The translations under genes and the position numbers were made by a program. A DNA stretch of 64,000 nucleotides from Vicinamibacteria bacterium. GTDB taxonomy: Bacteria > Acidobacteriota > Vicinamibacteria > Marinacidobacterales > Marinacidobacteraceae. Location of the stretch: the NCBI GenBank assembly GCA_963555995.3, contig OY821641.1:1344001-1408000 (forward strand), read 5' to 3'. The notes below the pieces were generated by a model that was not told where the DNA came from, did not search any database, and saw only the letters and a list, made by a program, of their open reading frames with translations. Shown in pieces: positions 24,175-33,478 of this stretch. Within the stretch, counting starts at the first letter, position 1. The number at the start of each line of letters is the position of its first letter.

Positions 24175-25097
24175 CAGAAATATCCCTCGCGTTTCTTGCG
24201 TTCCATGGACGCCTCGCCGTCGTGGTCGATCAGCCGGCCGTGGCGTTCCGAGCGGTTTGCCGCCAGCGTCTCAGCGAGGATCGCCTCCACGGTGTCGGCC
24301 TCGCTCTCGATCCCCGCGGTCAACGGATAGCAGCCCAACGTGCGGAACCGGACGCGGCGCATCTGCGGCGCTTCCCCCGGACGGAGGCGCAGACGCTCGT
24401 CGTCCACGAGGATCAAGCCTCCCTCGCGTTCCACGACGGGACGCTGTCTCGCGTAGTAGAGCGGGACGACGGGGATGTGCTCGGCGGCGACGTAGCGCCA
24501 GACGTCGGCCTCCGTCCAGTTGGAGAGCGGCGAGACGCGCAGCGACTCTCCCGGCCGCAGCCGCGTGTTGTAAAGGTTCCAGATCTCCGGACGCTGCGTC
24601 CTCGGTTCCCACTGGTGGGCGGAGTTCCGTAGCGAGAAGACGCGCTCCTTGGCGCGGGAACGCTCCTCGTCCCGGCGAACGCCGCCGAAGATGACGTCGT
24701 AGCGGCCGGCGTCGAGCGCCTGCCGGAGCGCCTGGGTCTTCATCACGTCCGTGTAGTGGGCGGATCCGTGATCGAAGGGGTTGATCCCGGCGTGGAGTCC
24801 TTCCTCGTTGATGTGGACGCTCAGGTCGAGCCCCAATTCCGAGGCCATCCGGTCCCGGAAGGCGATCATCTCCCGGAACTTCCAGGTCGTGTCGATGTGG
24901 AGGAGGGGGAAGGGAACCGGCGCCGGCCAGAACGCCTTGTGCGCGAGATGAAGCAGGGCCGACGAGTCCTTGCCGATGGAATACAGCATCACCGGCCGCT
25001 CGGCGGTCGCCACCCCCTCGCGGAGGATCTCGATGGCCTCGGCTTCAAGCGTTCCGAGGATCGGACCGCAGTCCGACCGGGTGCCGCCGGCCGTCAC
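24174..25097 (-). CDS. cysD: Sulfate adenylyltransferase subunit 2
   Basis: [39 protein letters not shown] and [10 protein letters not shown] motifs. GTG start at 25097 inferred (307 aa). Confidence 0.93.
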   Translation of the reverse strand: MTAGGTRSDCGPILGTLEAEAIEILREGVATAERPVMLYSIGKDSSALLHLAHKAFWPAPVPFPLLHIDTTWKFREMIAFRDRMASELGLDLSVHINEEGLHAGINPFDHGSAHYTDVMKTQALRQALDAGRYDVIFGGVRRDEERSRAKERVFSLRNSAHQWEPRTQRPEIWNLYNTRLRPGESLRVSPLSNWTEADVWRYVAAEHIPVVPLYYARQRPVVEREGGLILVDDERLRLRPGEAPQMRRVRFRTLGCYPLTAGIESEADTVEAILAETLAANRSERHGRLIDHDGEASMERKKREGYF

Positions 25098-25111
25098 GCT
25101 GCGGCCTGCGG

Positions 25112-26230
25112 TCAGCAGTCGGCGCCGCAGTGAGCGGCGACGAGGCGGTCGAGGATCCCCCGGTAGTCGTCCCACGGCGTGGCGACCTGAGGCACGGTCT
25201 TGTGCGCGACGACCATGTCGAGCGACGGGATGACGGTGATGTACTGGCCCCAGGCGCCGCGTCCGGTGTAGGCGCCGCGGAACGCCTCCGGCACCGCCGG
25301 TCCGTCCCACACCCACCACATGGTCCCGTAGCCGAACTCGCCTCCCCGCCGGCTCTCCGGGTTCATCTCCTCCGATGGCGTGACCAGGCCCGAGATCCGC
25401 CCGGCCCATCCCTCCGGCAGCACGCGCTCCTCCCTCCAGACGCCGCCCCGCAGCATCAGGTAGCCGATCCGGGCCATGTCGCGGGTGGAGAGGTTCATGT
25501 GGTAGGCGAGGTTGCGCGACCGGGTCGCGTCTCCCGACTTGCGGTGGATCCACCGGTGCCAGTCCTCGAATCCGAGCGGGAGTGCGAGGTCGGTTCCGAG
25601 CGCGTCGTAGATGTTGCGCTCGGTGAGTTGTTCGAAGACCGCGCCCGCCGCGTTGAAGTCCCAGTTGCTGTACAGGTAGTAGGCGCCGGGCTCCTGCGAG
25701 CCGCGGGGCGGGGCGTCCGCGAGGTTGTCCCCGGAGTTCGAGGCCGGGTGATAGACCCCGGAGCGCGCGGTCACGAGATCGAGCACCCGCGCCTGCTTCT
25801 CGATCGGCAGGAGACCCTGGACATCGTCCATGCCCAGATCATCGAGGGTGCGTTCGAGATCGATCGTCCCGTCCGCCACGTAGCGGCCGTAGAGCATGGC
25901 GAGGATGCTCTTCCGGACCGAGGCGAGATAGCTGATCTCGTCCACGGGCCCGTGTTCGAAAACGACGCGCCCCCCGACGACGGCCATCACCGCGGTGGTG
26001 TTGATCCCGTCCACGTACGGGTGGATCGCGTCCAGCGCGGCGGCCGAGAATCCGGCCGCGGCGGGGTCCGCGACCCGTTCCCACGACGCGCCCGGATAGA
26101 CGGCCTCCGGCGCGGTTTCGACCGCCGGCGGCGAGCAGCCGATCCCCGCGGCGAGGGCGAAGAACAGCGCGGGCAGCAGCGCGACGAGTACTCGTGCAAC
26201 AGGGCCGGTTGCGGGTCTGCGGTTCATCAT
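25112..26230 (-). CDS. Serine hydrolase, beta-lactamase/class C-like family, probable lipoprotein
   Basis: SVRK (SxxK), [12 protein letters not shown] motifs; signal peptide with GIGC lipobox; GGAGAGG RBS. Confidence 0.82.
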   Translation of the reverse strand: MMNRRPATGPVARVLVALLPALFFALAAGIGCSPPAVETAPEAVYPGASWERVADPAAAGFSAAALDAIHPYVDGINTTAVMAVVGGRVVFEHGPVDEISYLASVRKSILAMLYGRYVADGTIDLERTLDDLGMDDVQGLLPIEKQARVLDLVTARSGVYHPASNSGDNLADAPPRGSQEPGAYYLYSNWDFNAAGAVFEQLTERNIYDALGTDLALPLGFEDWHRWIHRKSGDATRSRNLAYHMNLSTRDMARIGYLMLRGGVWREERVLPEGWAGRISGLVTPSEEMNPESRRGGEFGYGTMWWVWDGPAVPEAFRGAYTGRGAWGQYITVIPSLDMVVAHKTVPQVATPWDDYRGILDRLVAAHCGADC

Positions 26231-26263
26231 GGTCACCTCTCCGGCGATCCCCGGGGACGAACT

Positions 26264-26458
26264 CCGGGAGCGCCGGTCTTCAGACCGGCATCGCTCCCCA
26301 ACGGGGAGCGAGACGCCCGTCGCCGATTCGCCGTATGGCGGAACGATACGCCGAATGGCGCAGCGCCACCCGGACTGGCCCCGCGTCATGCGGCAATGGA
26401 ACACCGGGAGTTTCGCCCGCTGCGCGGGCGATGCCGGTCTGAAGACCGGCGCTCCCGG
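26264..26458. repeat. Inverted REP pair with 31-bp perfect terminal inverted repeats
   Basis: CCGGGAGCGCCGGTCTTCAGACCGGCATCGC at 26264-26294 and its exact inverse at 26428-26458. Confidence 0.85.
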
Positions 26459-26572
26459 CCGGCGGTGCGCTAACTACCGGGAACATGACGCCCCGACATC
26501 AGCCGGCCGTCTCCCGTAAACTCGCCGGTTGGCGCGCCGACCGGTCGGCGCCACAGCAGCGGAGGTGTCCCG

Positions 26573-28612
26573 ATGCGGGTTCGCAATTTGAAAGGTTTGG
26601 TCGGGGCCGTCGCCGCGACCCTGTCGCTCGTCGTTTCCGCGGCGGCGCTCGCGCAGGAGGGGATGCGCCCGCTCGCGCTCGCCGACTACCTCTCGTGGGA
26701 GACGGTGCAGAGCCCCCGGATCGCTCCCGACGGTGAGAACGTCGTTTACGAACGCAGCTTCGTGGACGCCATGAAGGACCGTCTGAAGACCGAACTCTGG
26801 CTCATCGGCGCCGACGGTTCGAAGAACCGCTTCCTCACCGACGGCGGGAGTCCGCGCTGGTCGCCGGACGGCACCCGGGTCGCCTTCCTGCGGGACGGCC
26901 AGATCTTCGTGCGCTGGATGGACGCCGAGGGCGCCGAGAGCCAGGTGACCCGGCTCGAGAGTCCTCCGTCCCAGATCGTCTGGGCCCCCGATAGCGGCTC
27001 CATCGCGTTCCGGGCGGTGGTGGACCCGGGACCCGATCCGGCGTGGGCGATTGATATGCCGAAGGCGCCCGAAGGCGCCGAGTGGACGGGGCCGCCGCGG
27101 ATCGTCACCCGGTTGAACTACCGGCGCGACGGACTGGGGTACCACCCGCGGGGCTTCCGGCACATCTTCGTGGTGAGCGCCGACGGGGGCACCCCGCGGC
27201 AGCTCACGAGCGGCGACTACCACCACGACGGGCCGCGTTTCGTCGGTGACGGGTCGGGGATTGTCTTCACGTCCCTCCGGACCCCGGACGCCGAACACGC
27301 CTGGCGCGAATCGGAGATCTACCGGGTCGAGGTGGCCACGGGCCGGATCACCACCCTGACGAGCCGCACCGGTCCGGACTCGGGTCCGGCGCCCTCGCCG
27401 GACGGCAGCATGATCGCCTACACCGGGATGGACCACACGACGGACACCTACCGCGAGGAGGGCCTCTACGTCATGGACGCCGACGGGGGGAACCCGCGCG
27501 TGATCGCCACCGAGATGGGCCGCCGTCCGGGGATCGTGGGGTGGACGGCCGACGGGAGCGGCGTCTATTTCAACGCGCAGCTCCGGGGGACGAACAACCT
27601 CTACCTGGCGCCGCTCGACGGAGAGGTCCGTCCGGTGAGTTCCGGAAACCACATGCTCTCGGTGTCCACGGTGAGCGGCGACGGTACCGCGGTGGGCGTG
27701 GTCAGCGCGTACCACACCCCCGGGAACCTGGTCGCCTTCGACGTGGATTCGCCGGACACGGTGGCGACCCTGCACGTGACGAACGCGTCCATACTCGCCG
27801 AGGTCACCCTCGGGGAGGTCGAGGAGATCTGGTACGAGTCGCCGGACGGCCTCGACATCCAGGGCTGGATCGTGAAGCCGCCCGACTTCGATCCGTCGCG
27901 CAAGTACCCGCTGATCCTCCGGATCCACGGCGGACCCCACGCTATGTACAACAGCGGGTTCGACTTCAAGAACCAGGACCACGCGGCGAACGGCTACGTG
28001 CTCCTCTACACGAACCCGCGCGGCAGCAGCGGCTACGGCAGTTCCTTCGGCAACGAGATCAAGAACGCCTACCCCGGGAAGGATCTCGACGACCTGATGG
28101 CGGGCGTGGACGAGGTCATCGCGCGCGGCTACATTGATGAACGGAACCTGTTCGTCTACGGGGGCAGCGGGGGCGGCGTCCTCACCTCCTGGATCGTGGG
28201 GAACACCGACCGCTTCACCGCCGCGGTCTCGAAGGCGCCGGTGACGAACTGGTTCAGCTTCGTGGGCACGACGGACGGCGCGAGCTGGTACCGCAACTTC
28301 GAGAAGCTGCCCTGGGATGACCCGGAGGAGCACCTCCGCCGCTCGACGCTGATGTACGTCGGCAACGTCACCACGCCGACGATGCTGATGACCGGGGAGA
28401 AGGACCTCCGCACCCCGATGGAGCAGACCGAGCAGTACTACAAGGCGCTCAAGATGCGGAAGATCCCGACGGCCATGGTGCGCCTGACCGACAGTTGGCA
28501 CAGCCGCAGCCGCCCCCCGACGAACTTCATGCGGGTGCAGCTTCTGCTCCGCAACTGGTTCGAGCGCTTCGCGGTCACGGACGAGCTGACCACCGACAAC
28601 CAGCCGAACTAG
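26573..28612 (+). CDS. S9 family peptidase (dipeptidyl/acylaminoacyl peptidase), secreted
   Basis: Signal peptide, SPDG-type propeller repeats, IHGGPH, NPRGSSGYG, GGSGGG nucleophile elbow, DLRTP Asp, C-terminal His. Confidence 0.9.
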   Translation: MRVRNLKGLVGAVAATLSLVVSAAALAQEGMRPLALADYLSWETVQSPRIAPDGENVVYERSFVDAMKDRLKTELWLIGADGSKNRFLTDGGSPRWSPDGTRVAFLRDGQIFVRWMDAEGAESQVTRLESPPSQIVWAPDSGSIAFRAVVDPGPDPAWAIDMPKAPEGAEWTGPPRIVTRLNYRRDGLGYHPRGFRHIFVVSADGGTPRQLTSGDYHHDGPRFVGDGSGIVFTSLRTPDAEHAWRESEIYRVEVATGRITTLTSRTGPDSGPAPSPDGSMIAYTGMDHTTDTYREEGLYVMDADGGNPRVIATEMGRRPGIVGWTADGSGVYFNAQLRGTNNLYLAPLDGEVRPVSSGNHMLSVSTVSGDGTAVGVVSAYHTPGNLVAFDVDSPDTVATLHVTNASILAEVTLGEVEEIWYESPDGLDIQGWIVKPPDFDPSRKYPLILRIHGGPHAMYNSGFDFKNQDHAANGYVLLYTNPRGSSGYGSSFGNEIKNAYPGKDLDDLMAGVDEVIARGYIDERNLFVYGGSGGGVLTSWIVGNTDRFTAAVSKAPVTNWFSFVGTTDGASWYRNFEKLPWDDPEEHLRRSTLMYVGNVTTPTMLMTGEKDLRTPMEQTEQYYKALKMRKIPTAMVRLTDSWHSRSRPPTNFMRVQLLLRNWFERFAVTDELTTDNQPN

Positions 28613-28631
28613 CCGAAGGGTGCCGGGCAAA

Positions 28632-28688
28632 GGGACCGCCGGTCTTCAGACCGGCACGCGCGGCGCTCCGCGCCGCGCACGTCGCAAC
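28632..28688 (+). repeat. REP unit plus GCGCGGCGCTCCGCGCCGCGC hairpin
   Basis: Matches the ~60-bp units at 19295, 45166, 45249 and 55819 (minus strand). Confidence 0.8.
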
Positions 28689-28718
28689 GCTACCCATGCC
28701 CGCATGTCGCGCACCGGC

Positions 28719-28878
28719 TTGGAACGCCGGCTTCAGCCGGCACAGCGAGCCGAAGGCTCGCGGAGGTCGCGCCGCGGTGCGCGGTGATGGACGGAGAGCC
28801 GGACGCCGTCGGGCGCGCCAGCGTCGTGCAGTCCGCTGCGCTCCGCGCAGCGGGTGCCGGCTGAAGCCGGCGTTCCAA
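28719..28878. repeat. REP-bounded MITE-like element, copy 2 (160 bp)
   Basis: TTGGAACGCCGGCTTCAGCCGGCAC ... GTGCCGGCTGAAGCCGGCGTTCCAA. The interior aligns with 3296-3453. Confidence 0.85.
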
Positions 28879-29038
28879 ACGGTCCCCGCCACCCGGGGCC
28901 TCAGCGTCCCGGGCCCGCACTGTCACGCCCGGCGGGGTGTGTAGGCGGATCGAACATGACGGTGTCTTTCCGGCGGGTGCTCCAGTGCCCGTCGTCTGGT
29001 CGTCGTATCGCCCAAGTGCGTTCGACCATCCCTCACCG

Positions 29039-29067
29039 TTGCCTCCCCGCGCCGGGAGCCGCACAAT
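29039..29067 (+). promoter_or_regulatory. Putative sigma70 promoter (TTGCCT-N17-CACAAT) for leaderless ggt
   Basis: -35 and -10 elements with a 17-bp spacer; -10 ends 7 nt before ATG 29075; no SD. Confidence 0.5.
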
Positions 29068-29074
29068 CCCCTCC

Positions 29075-30997
29075 ATGAAACGAATTCCCTTTTCCGTCTC
29101 TCTCTGCCTGCTGGCGGCCCTGGCCGTCGCCGCCAGCGCCGCCGCCCGGCCGCAGAAACCCGTCCTGCACGGGAAGCACTGGATGGCGATCACCGGCAAG
29201 CCGCTGGGCGCGACCGCCGGCGCCATGATCTTCAACCAGGGTGGCAACGCCGTGGACGCCGCCTGCGCCATGCTGGGCGCCACCGCGACCATGTTCGACG
29301 CCCTGAGCTGGGGCGGCGAGACCCAGGCGCTGATCTGGCATCCCGAGCAGAAGAAGGTGATCGGGATCAACGCCCTCGGCGTCGCGCCCACCGGCGCCAC
29401 GCCGGCCTACTTCAGGGAGCAGGGGATGGACTACCCGCCCAGCGTCGGCCCGCTCGCCGCGGTGACTCCCGGGACTCCGGGCGGCCTCCTGACGATGCTC
29501 GCCGAGTACGGCACGATGTCCCTCGCGCAGGTGCTCGCGCCGTCCATCCAGATGGCCGACGGCTATCCCATCGAGGCCTCCGCGGCCCGCGGGATCCAGC
29601 GGGGCGCCGACCGGATCGCCGAGTGGCCGTATTCGCGCCGGACCCTGCTCCCGCACCGCGACGAACGCTCGGCGTCCTCGGGACCGCAGGACGAGACGGG
29701 GAACTACTGGGACCGCGAGGACTCCTCGACGCGCGCGTTCAGCGCCGGCGGCCCGCGCCCGGGCGAGGTCTTCCGGCAGCCCGAACTCGCCGACACCCTC
29801 AGCAAACTGGTGGACGCCGAGGCCGAGGCGCTCGCCGCCGGCAAGAGCCGGAAGGAGGCGATCTACGCCGCCTACGACCGCTTCTACAAGGGCGACATCG
29901 CCGAGGAGCTCGCCCGCGGCACCCAGGAGCAGGGCGGCCTCATCACCACCGAGGACCTCGCGAACTGGAAGGTCCACATCGAAGAGCCCGTTTCCACCAA
30001 CTACAAGGGCATCGAGGTCTACAAGCTGACCCACTGGGTGCAGGGGCCGGTGCTGCTCCAGGCGCTGAACATCCTGGAGCCCTTCGACCTGAAGGGGATG
30101 GGCTACAACAGCTCCCGCTACATCCACACCCTCTACCAGGCGATCAGCCTGTCGTTCGCCGACCGGGACTTCTACTACGGCGATCCCTATTTCCCGCCCG
30201 AGGAGCCGATCCGGGGCCTGCTCTCGAAGGACTACGCCCGGCACCGCGCCGAACGCATCCTGGAAGACCGGAACGACCCGACGATTGGTCCCGGAGACCC
30301 GTATCCGTTCCAGGGCGGGGAGAACCCGTTTGCCGAGTACCTGGACCAGTTCTCGGGAACCTCGGGGACACCCACCACCGAGGAAGAACGCGAGGAGTTC
30401 CTCGAGGGGTTCCTCGCCGGCACCACCTCGATCCAGGCCGCGGACGCCGAGGGCTGGGTGGTTTCGGTGACGCCGAGCGGCGGCTGGCTGCCGGCGGTGC
30501 TCGCCGGTGAGACCGGAATCGGGCTCAGCCAGCGGATGCAGAGCTTCGTGCTCGATGCGGCGATGAACCCGTACAACGTGCTGGAGCCCGGGAAGCGGCC
30601 GCGGGCCACCCTGACGCCGAGCCTCGCGCTCCGGGACGGGGAACCGTTCCTGTCGTTCGCGGTCCAGGGCGGCGACGGCCAGGACCAGAACCTGTTGCAG
30701 TTCTTCCTGAACGTGGTCGAGTTCGGCATGAACGTGCAGGAGGCCGCCGAGGCCGCCAATTTCAACAGCTACCAGCTCCGCAGTTCCTTCGGCGCCCACG
30801 AGTCGGAGCCGGGTTCGATGCTGCTGAACGACAGGGTCCCCGATTGGATCCGCGAGGAGCTGATCGGGATGGGCTATTCGCTCCGGTTCGCGCCGCGGAC
30901 CTCGGGGCCCATCAACGCCATCTGGTTCGACCGCGAGCACGGCACCTTCTGGGGCGGCTCGAGCCACCATGGCGACGACTACGGAGTGGCATGGTGA
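29075..30997 (+). CDS. ggt: Gamma-glutamyltransferase family protein, secreted
   Basis: GGNAVDAA, AVTPG, FYKGDIA, GTTS (Thr nucleophile), PGKRPRATLTP, GGDGQDQ motifs; signal peptide. Confidence 0.9.
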   Translation: MKRIPFSVSLCLLAALAVAASAAARPQKPVLHGKHWMAITGKPLGATAGAMIFNQGGNAVDAACAMLGATATMFDALSWGGETQALIWHPEQKKVIGINALGVAPTGATPAYFREQGMDYPPSVGPLAAVTPGTPGGLLTMLAEYGTMSLAQVLAPSIQMADGYPIEASAARGIQRGADRIAEWPYSRRTLLPHRDERSASSGPQDETGNYWDREDSSTRAFSAGGPRPGEVFRQPELADTLSKLVDAEAEALAAGKSRKEAIYAAYDRFYKGDIAEELARGTQEQGGLITTEDLANWKVHIEEPVSTNYKGIEVYKLTHWVQGPVLLQALNILEPFDLKGMGYNSSRYIHTLYQAISLSFADRDFYYGDPYFPPEEPIRGLLSKDYARHRAERILEDRNDPTIGPGDPYPFQGGENPFAEYLDQFSGTSGTPTTEEEREEFLEGFLAGTTSIQAADAEGWVVSVTPSGGWLPAVLAGETGIGLSQRMQSFVLDAAMNPYNVLEPGKRPRATLTPSLALRDGEPFLSFAVQGGDGQDQNLLQFFLNVVEFGMNVQEAAEAANFNSYQLRSSFGAHESEPGSMLLNDRVPDWIREELIGMGYSLRFAPRTSGPINAIWFDREHGTFWGGSSHHGDDYGVAW

Positions 30998-33156
30998 TGA
31001 CTGATCGAGCCTTTTCACGCCGCGCGGCGGCGCTCTTCGCCGCCTTCCTGATCGTTCCGGCGATCGCGTTCGCCCAGGCCGGGAGCGAGGAGGGGGCGCC
31101 CGCTTCGCTCACCGTCTCGCCCGAGGAGATCACCCTCACCGCCGGAGAAACCGCGCAGATCAAGGCGACCGTGCTGGACGAGGACGGCAACGAGATGGAG
31201 GCGGAGTTCCTCTACCTGCCGCTCTACGGCCAGTTCTGGAACCTCGAGATGCGCACCTGGGGGTTCAACATCTTCAAGGTGTCGCGGGAGGGGGAGGTAT
31301 CAACCCGGCGGCCCGGCGAGTACTCCGTCATGGTGCGGGTCGTGGGCTCCGGCCCGGATCCGTCGGCGCGGAATTCGGACGCCGAGGGGTACCTGGAGCA
31401 GCGGATCCCGCTGACCATCCTGCCGCGTCCCGTTGCCACGCTGAACGTCACCGCCGAAGGGCCCCTGTATGCCGGCACCGAGGTGGCGGTGCGCGCGGAG
31501 CCCGTGGATGACACGGGGACGCTCGTGGAAGGGCTGGACGTCACCTGGGCGTCCTCCGACGACGGGGTCGCCATGCCGATCGCGCGCCCGCCCACGATCG
31601 AGCGGACCCGAACCCGGGGGATGCTCGCGCTGGGTGCGGCGGGACCGGTGACCGTCACCGCGACGGCCGCGGCCGCCACCGCCGAAATGGCGCTCCAGGT
31701 GGCTCCGAACCCGGTTGCGAACCTGAAGTTGATCCCGGACCGGAGCACGGCCCGGACCGGAGACGTGACCCACCTGAACGTGACCATGACCGACGCGTCT
31801 GGCGAGACGCTCGAAGACGTCCCCGTCGGCTTCAGCGTTTCGGCGATGACCGACGCGATGGGCATGGGCGGTCCCTCCTCGGGGCTCATCACCCAGGACG
31901 GCCGCTTTGTCGCCGATCTGCCGGGCGTCTATACGGTGGTGGCCCGCACCGGGCAGGTGTCCGCCTCGACCGTGATCCGGGTCGCCGAGCGCGGCGTCCG
32001 CCGGCCCATCGAGCTGGTCGGCCACGGCCGGGTGAAGGACCGGGCGACCTCGGATCTCTGGGTCTGGGAGGCCCCGAACGGCCGCGACTACGCGATGACC
32101 GGCACTCACAGCGCTGCCGGCCACGCCTACATCTGGGACGTGACCGATCCCGAGAACCTCGACATCGTGGACGTGGTGCGGGTGGACGCCCGCACCGTGA
32201 ACGACGTCAAGATCTCGGAGGACGGCGCGACCGCGGTCATCTCCCGCGAAGGGGCGTCCAACCGGCGGAACGGGCTGGTGATCCTCGACGTCTCCGACCC
32301 CTCGACCGGAGTCCGAAAGCTCGCCGAGTACGACGACCAGCTCACCGGCGGGGTCCACAACACCTTCATTCACGCCGGACACGTCTACGCGCTGTCGGGC
32401 GGCCGGCGCTTCGACATCGTCAACATCGAAGATCCCTCGGTGCCCCACCGGGTGGGCAGCTTCGCGCTCGACAACCCGGCGCGCTCGATCCACGACGTGT
32501 GGGTGGTGGACGGCATCGCCTATTCGGCGAACTGGAGCGACGGGGTGGCGGTGATTGATGTGGGCGGCGCGGGCAAGGGCGGGACGCCCCAGGACCCGAA
32601 GCTCGTGGGTCAGTTCCCGTTCCCGACCGGCTGGAACCACGCCGTCTATCCCTACCGGAGCGTCTCGACCGGCAAGTTCTACATCTTCGCCGGGGACGAG
32701 GCGGCCCGCACCGGCCGCTACAGCCCGCTCGCCGAGATCGGCACCGGAACGCCGGGCTACGACGACGAGCCCACCCGCTGGCGCGGCTGGATCCACATCC
32801 TCGAGTGGGACGAGAACTTCGAGGCGCCGCCCCGGCTGGTCGGCCGCTACGAGGTCCCCGAGGCCGGCAGTCACAACATCTGGATCGAGGACGACGTGAT
32901 GTACGTGGCGTTCTACAACGGGGGGCTGCGCGTGGTGGACGTCTCGGGCGAGCTGCTCGGGAATCTCTACCGGCAGGGCAGGGAGATCGCCCGTTTCCTG
33001 CCGCTCGATCCCGAGGGCTTCCTTCCCAATGCGCCGCAGGTGTGGGGCGCCCAGCCCCACAAGGGCGTCATCTACTTCTCGGACCGGAACTCGGGGCTCT
33101 GGGCGGTGCGCCTCGGCGACCTGCCGGAGGAGGCCACCACCGACGCCCAGCAGTAG
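30991..33156 (+). CDS. Secreted Ig-like domain plus LVIVD-repeat beta-propeller protein
   Basis: Signal peptide; Ig-like segments (SLTVSPEEITL, VTWASSDDGVA); repeated LVILDVSDP/LRVVDVS and HN/HD motifs. Confidence 0.7.
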   Translation: MVMTDRAFSRRAAALFAAFLIVPAIAFAQAGSEEGAPASLTVSPEEITLTAGETAQIKATVLDEDGNEMEAEFLYLPLYGQFWNLEMRTWGFNIFKVSREGEVSTRRPGEYSVMVRVVGSGPDPSARNSDAEGYLEQRIPLTILPRPVATLNVTAEGPLYAGTEVAVRAEPVDDTGTLVEGLDVTWASSDDGVAMPIARPPTIERTRTRGMLALGAAGPVTVTATAAAATAEMALQVAPNPVANLKLIPDRSTARTGDVTHLNVTMTDASGETLEDVPVGFSVSAMTDAMGMGGPSSGLITQDGRFVADLPGVYTVVARTGQVSASTVIRVAERGVRRPIELVGHGRVKDRATSDLWVWEAPNGRDYAMTGTHSAAGHAYIWDVTDPENLDIVDVVRVDARTVNDVKISEDGATAVISREGASNRRNGLVILDVSDPSTGVRKLAEYDDQLTGGVHNTFIHAGHVYALSGGRRFDIVNIEDPSVPHRVGSFALDNPARSIHDVWVVDGIAYSANWSDGVAVIDVGGAGKGGTPQDPKLVGQFPFPTGWNHAVYPYRSVSTGKFYIFAGDEAARTGRYSPLAEIGTGTPGYDDEPTRWRGWIHILEWDENFEAPPRLVGRYEVPEAGSHNIWIEDDVMYVAFYNGGLRVVDVSGELLGNLYRQGREIARFLPLDPEGFLPNAPQVWGAQPHKGVIYFSDRNSGLWAVRLGDLPEEATTDAQQ

Positions 33157-33168
33157 GGGAGCGCCGCC

Positions 33169-33314
33169 GGCTTGGAGCGCCGGCCTCCGGCCGGCGCCCG
33201 CTGCGCGGAGCGCAGTGGAACCACGCTCCTACCCGGCCCCACCACCGTAGCGACCTGGAACGCCGACCTCCGGTGGCGGCGAGGATGCCTCGGAGCGCCG
33301 GCGTCCGGCTGGCA
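33169..33314 (+). repeat. Cluster of three degenerate REP units
   Basis: GGCTTGGAGCGCCGGCCTCCGGCCGGC, TGGAACGCCGACCTCCGGTGGCGGC and GGAGCGCCGGCGTCCGGCTGGCA in tandem. Confidence 0.65.
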
Positions 33315-33478
33315 TGGACCGCCGAGAGGCGGTCGAGACCGCGTGCGGTTGCGTACCCGGATAGCACCCCGGCTTCCTCTGGCGCCTTTCCGTCGGTTTC
33401 TTTGAGAACGCCAACCATCGGGCACCCTGGCGGTCCCGGTGGGGAAAATGTCGCTCCAATTACGTATCGTGTGCAAAA

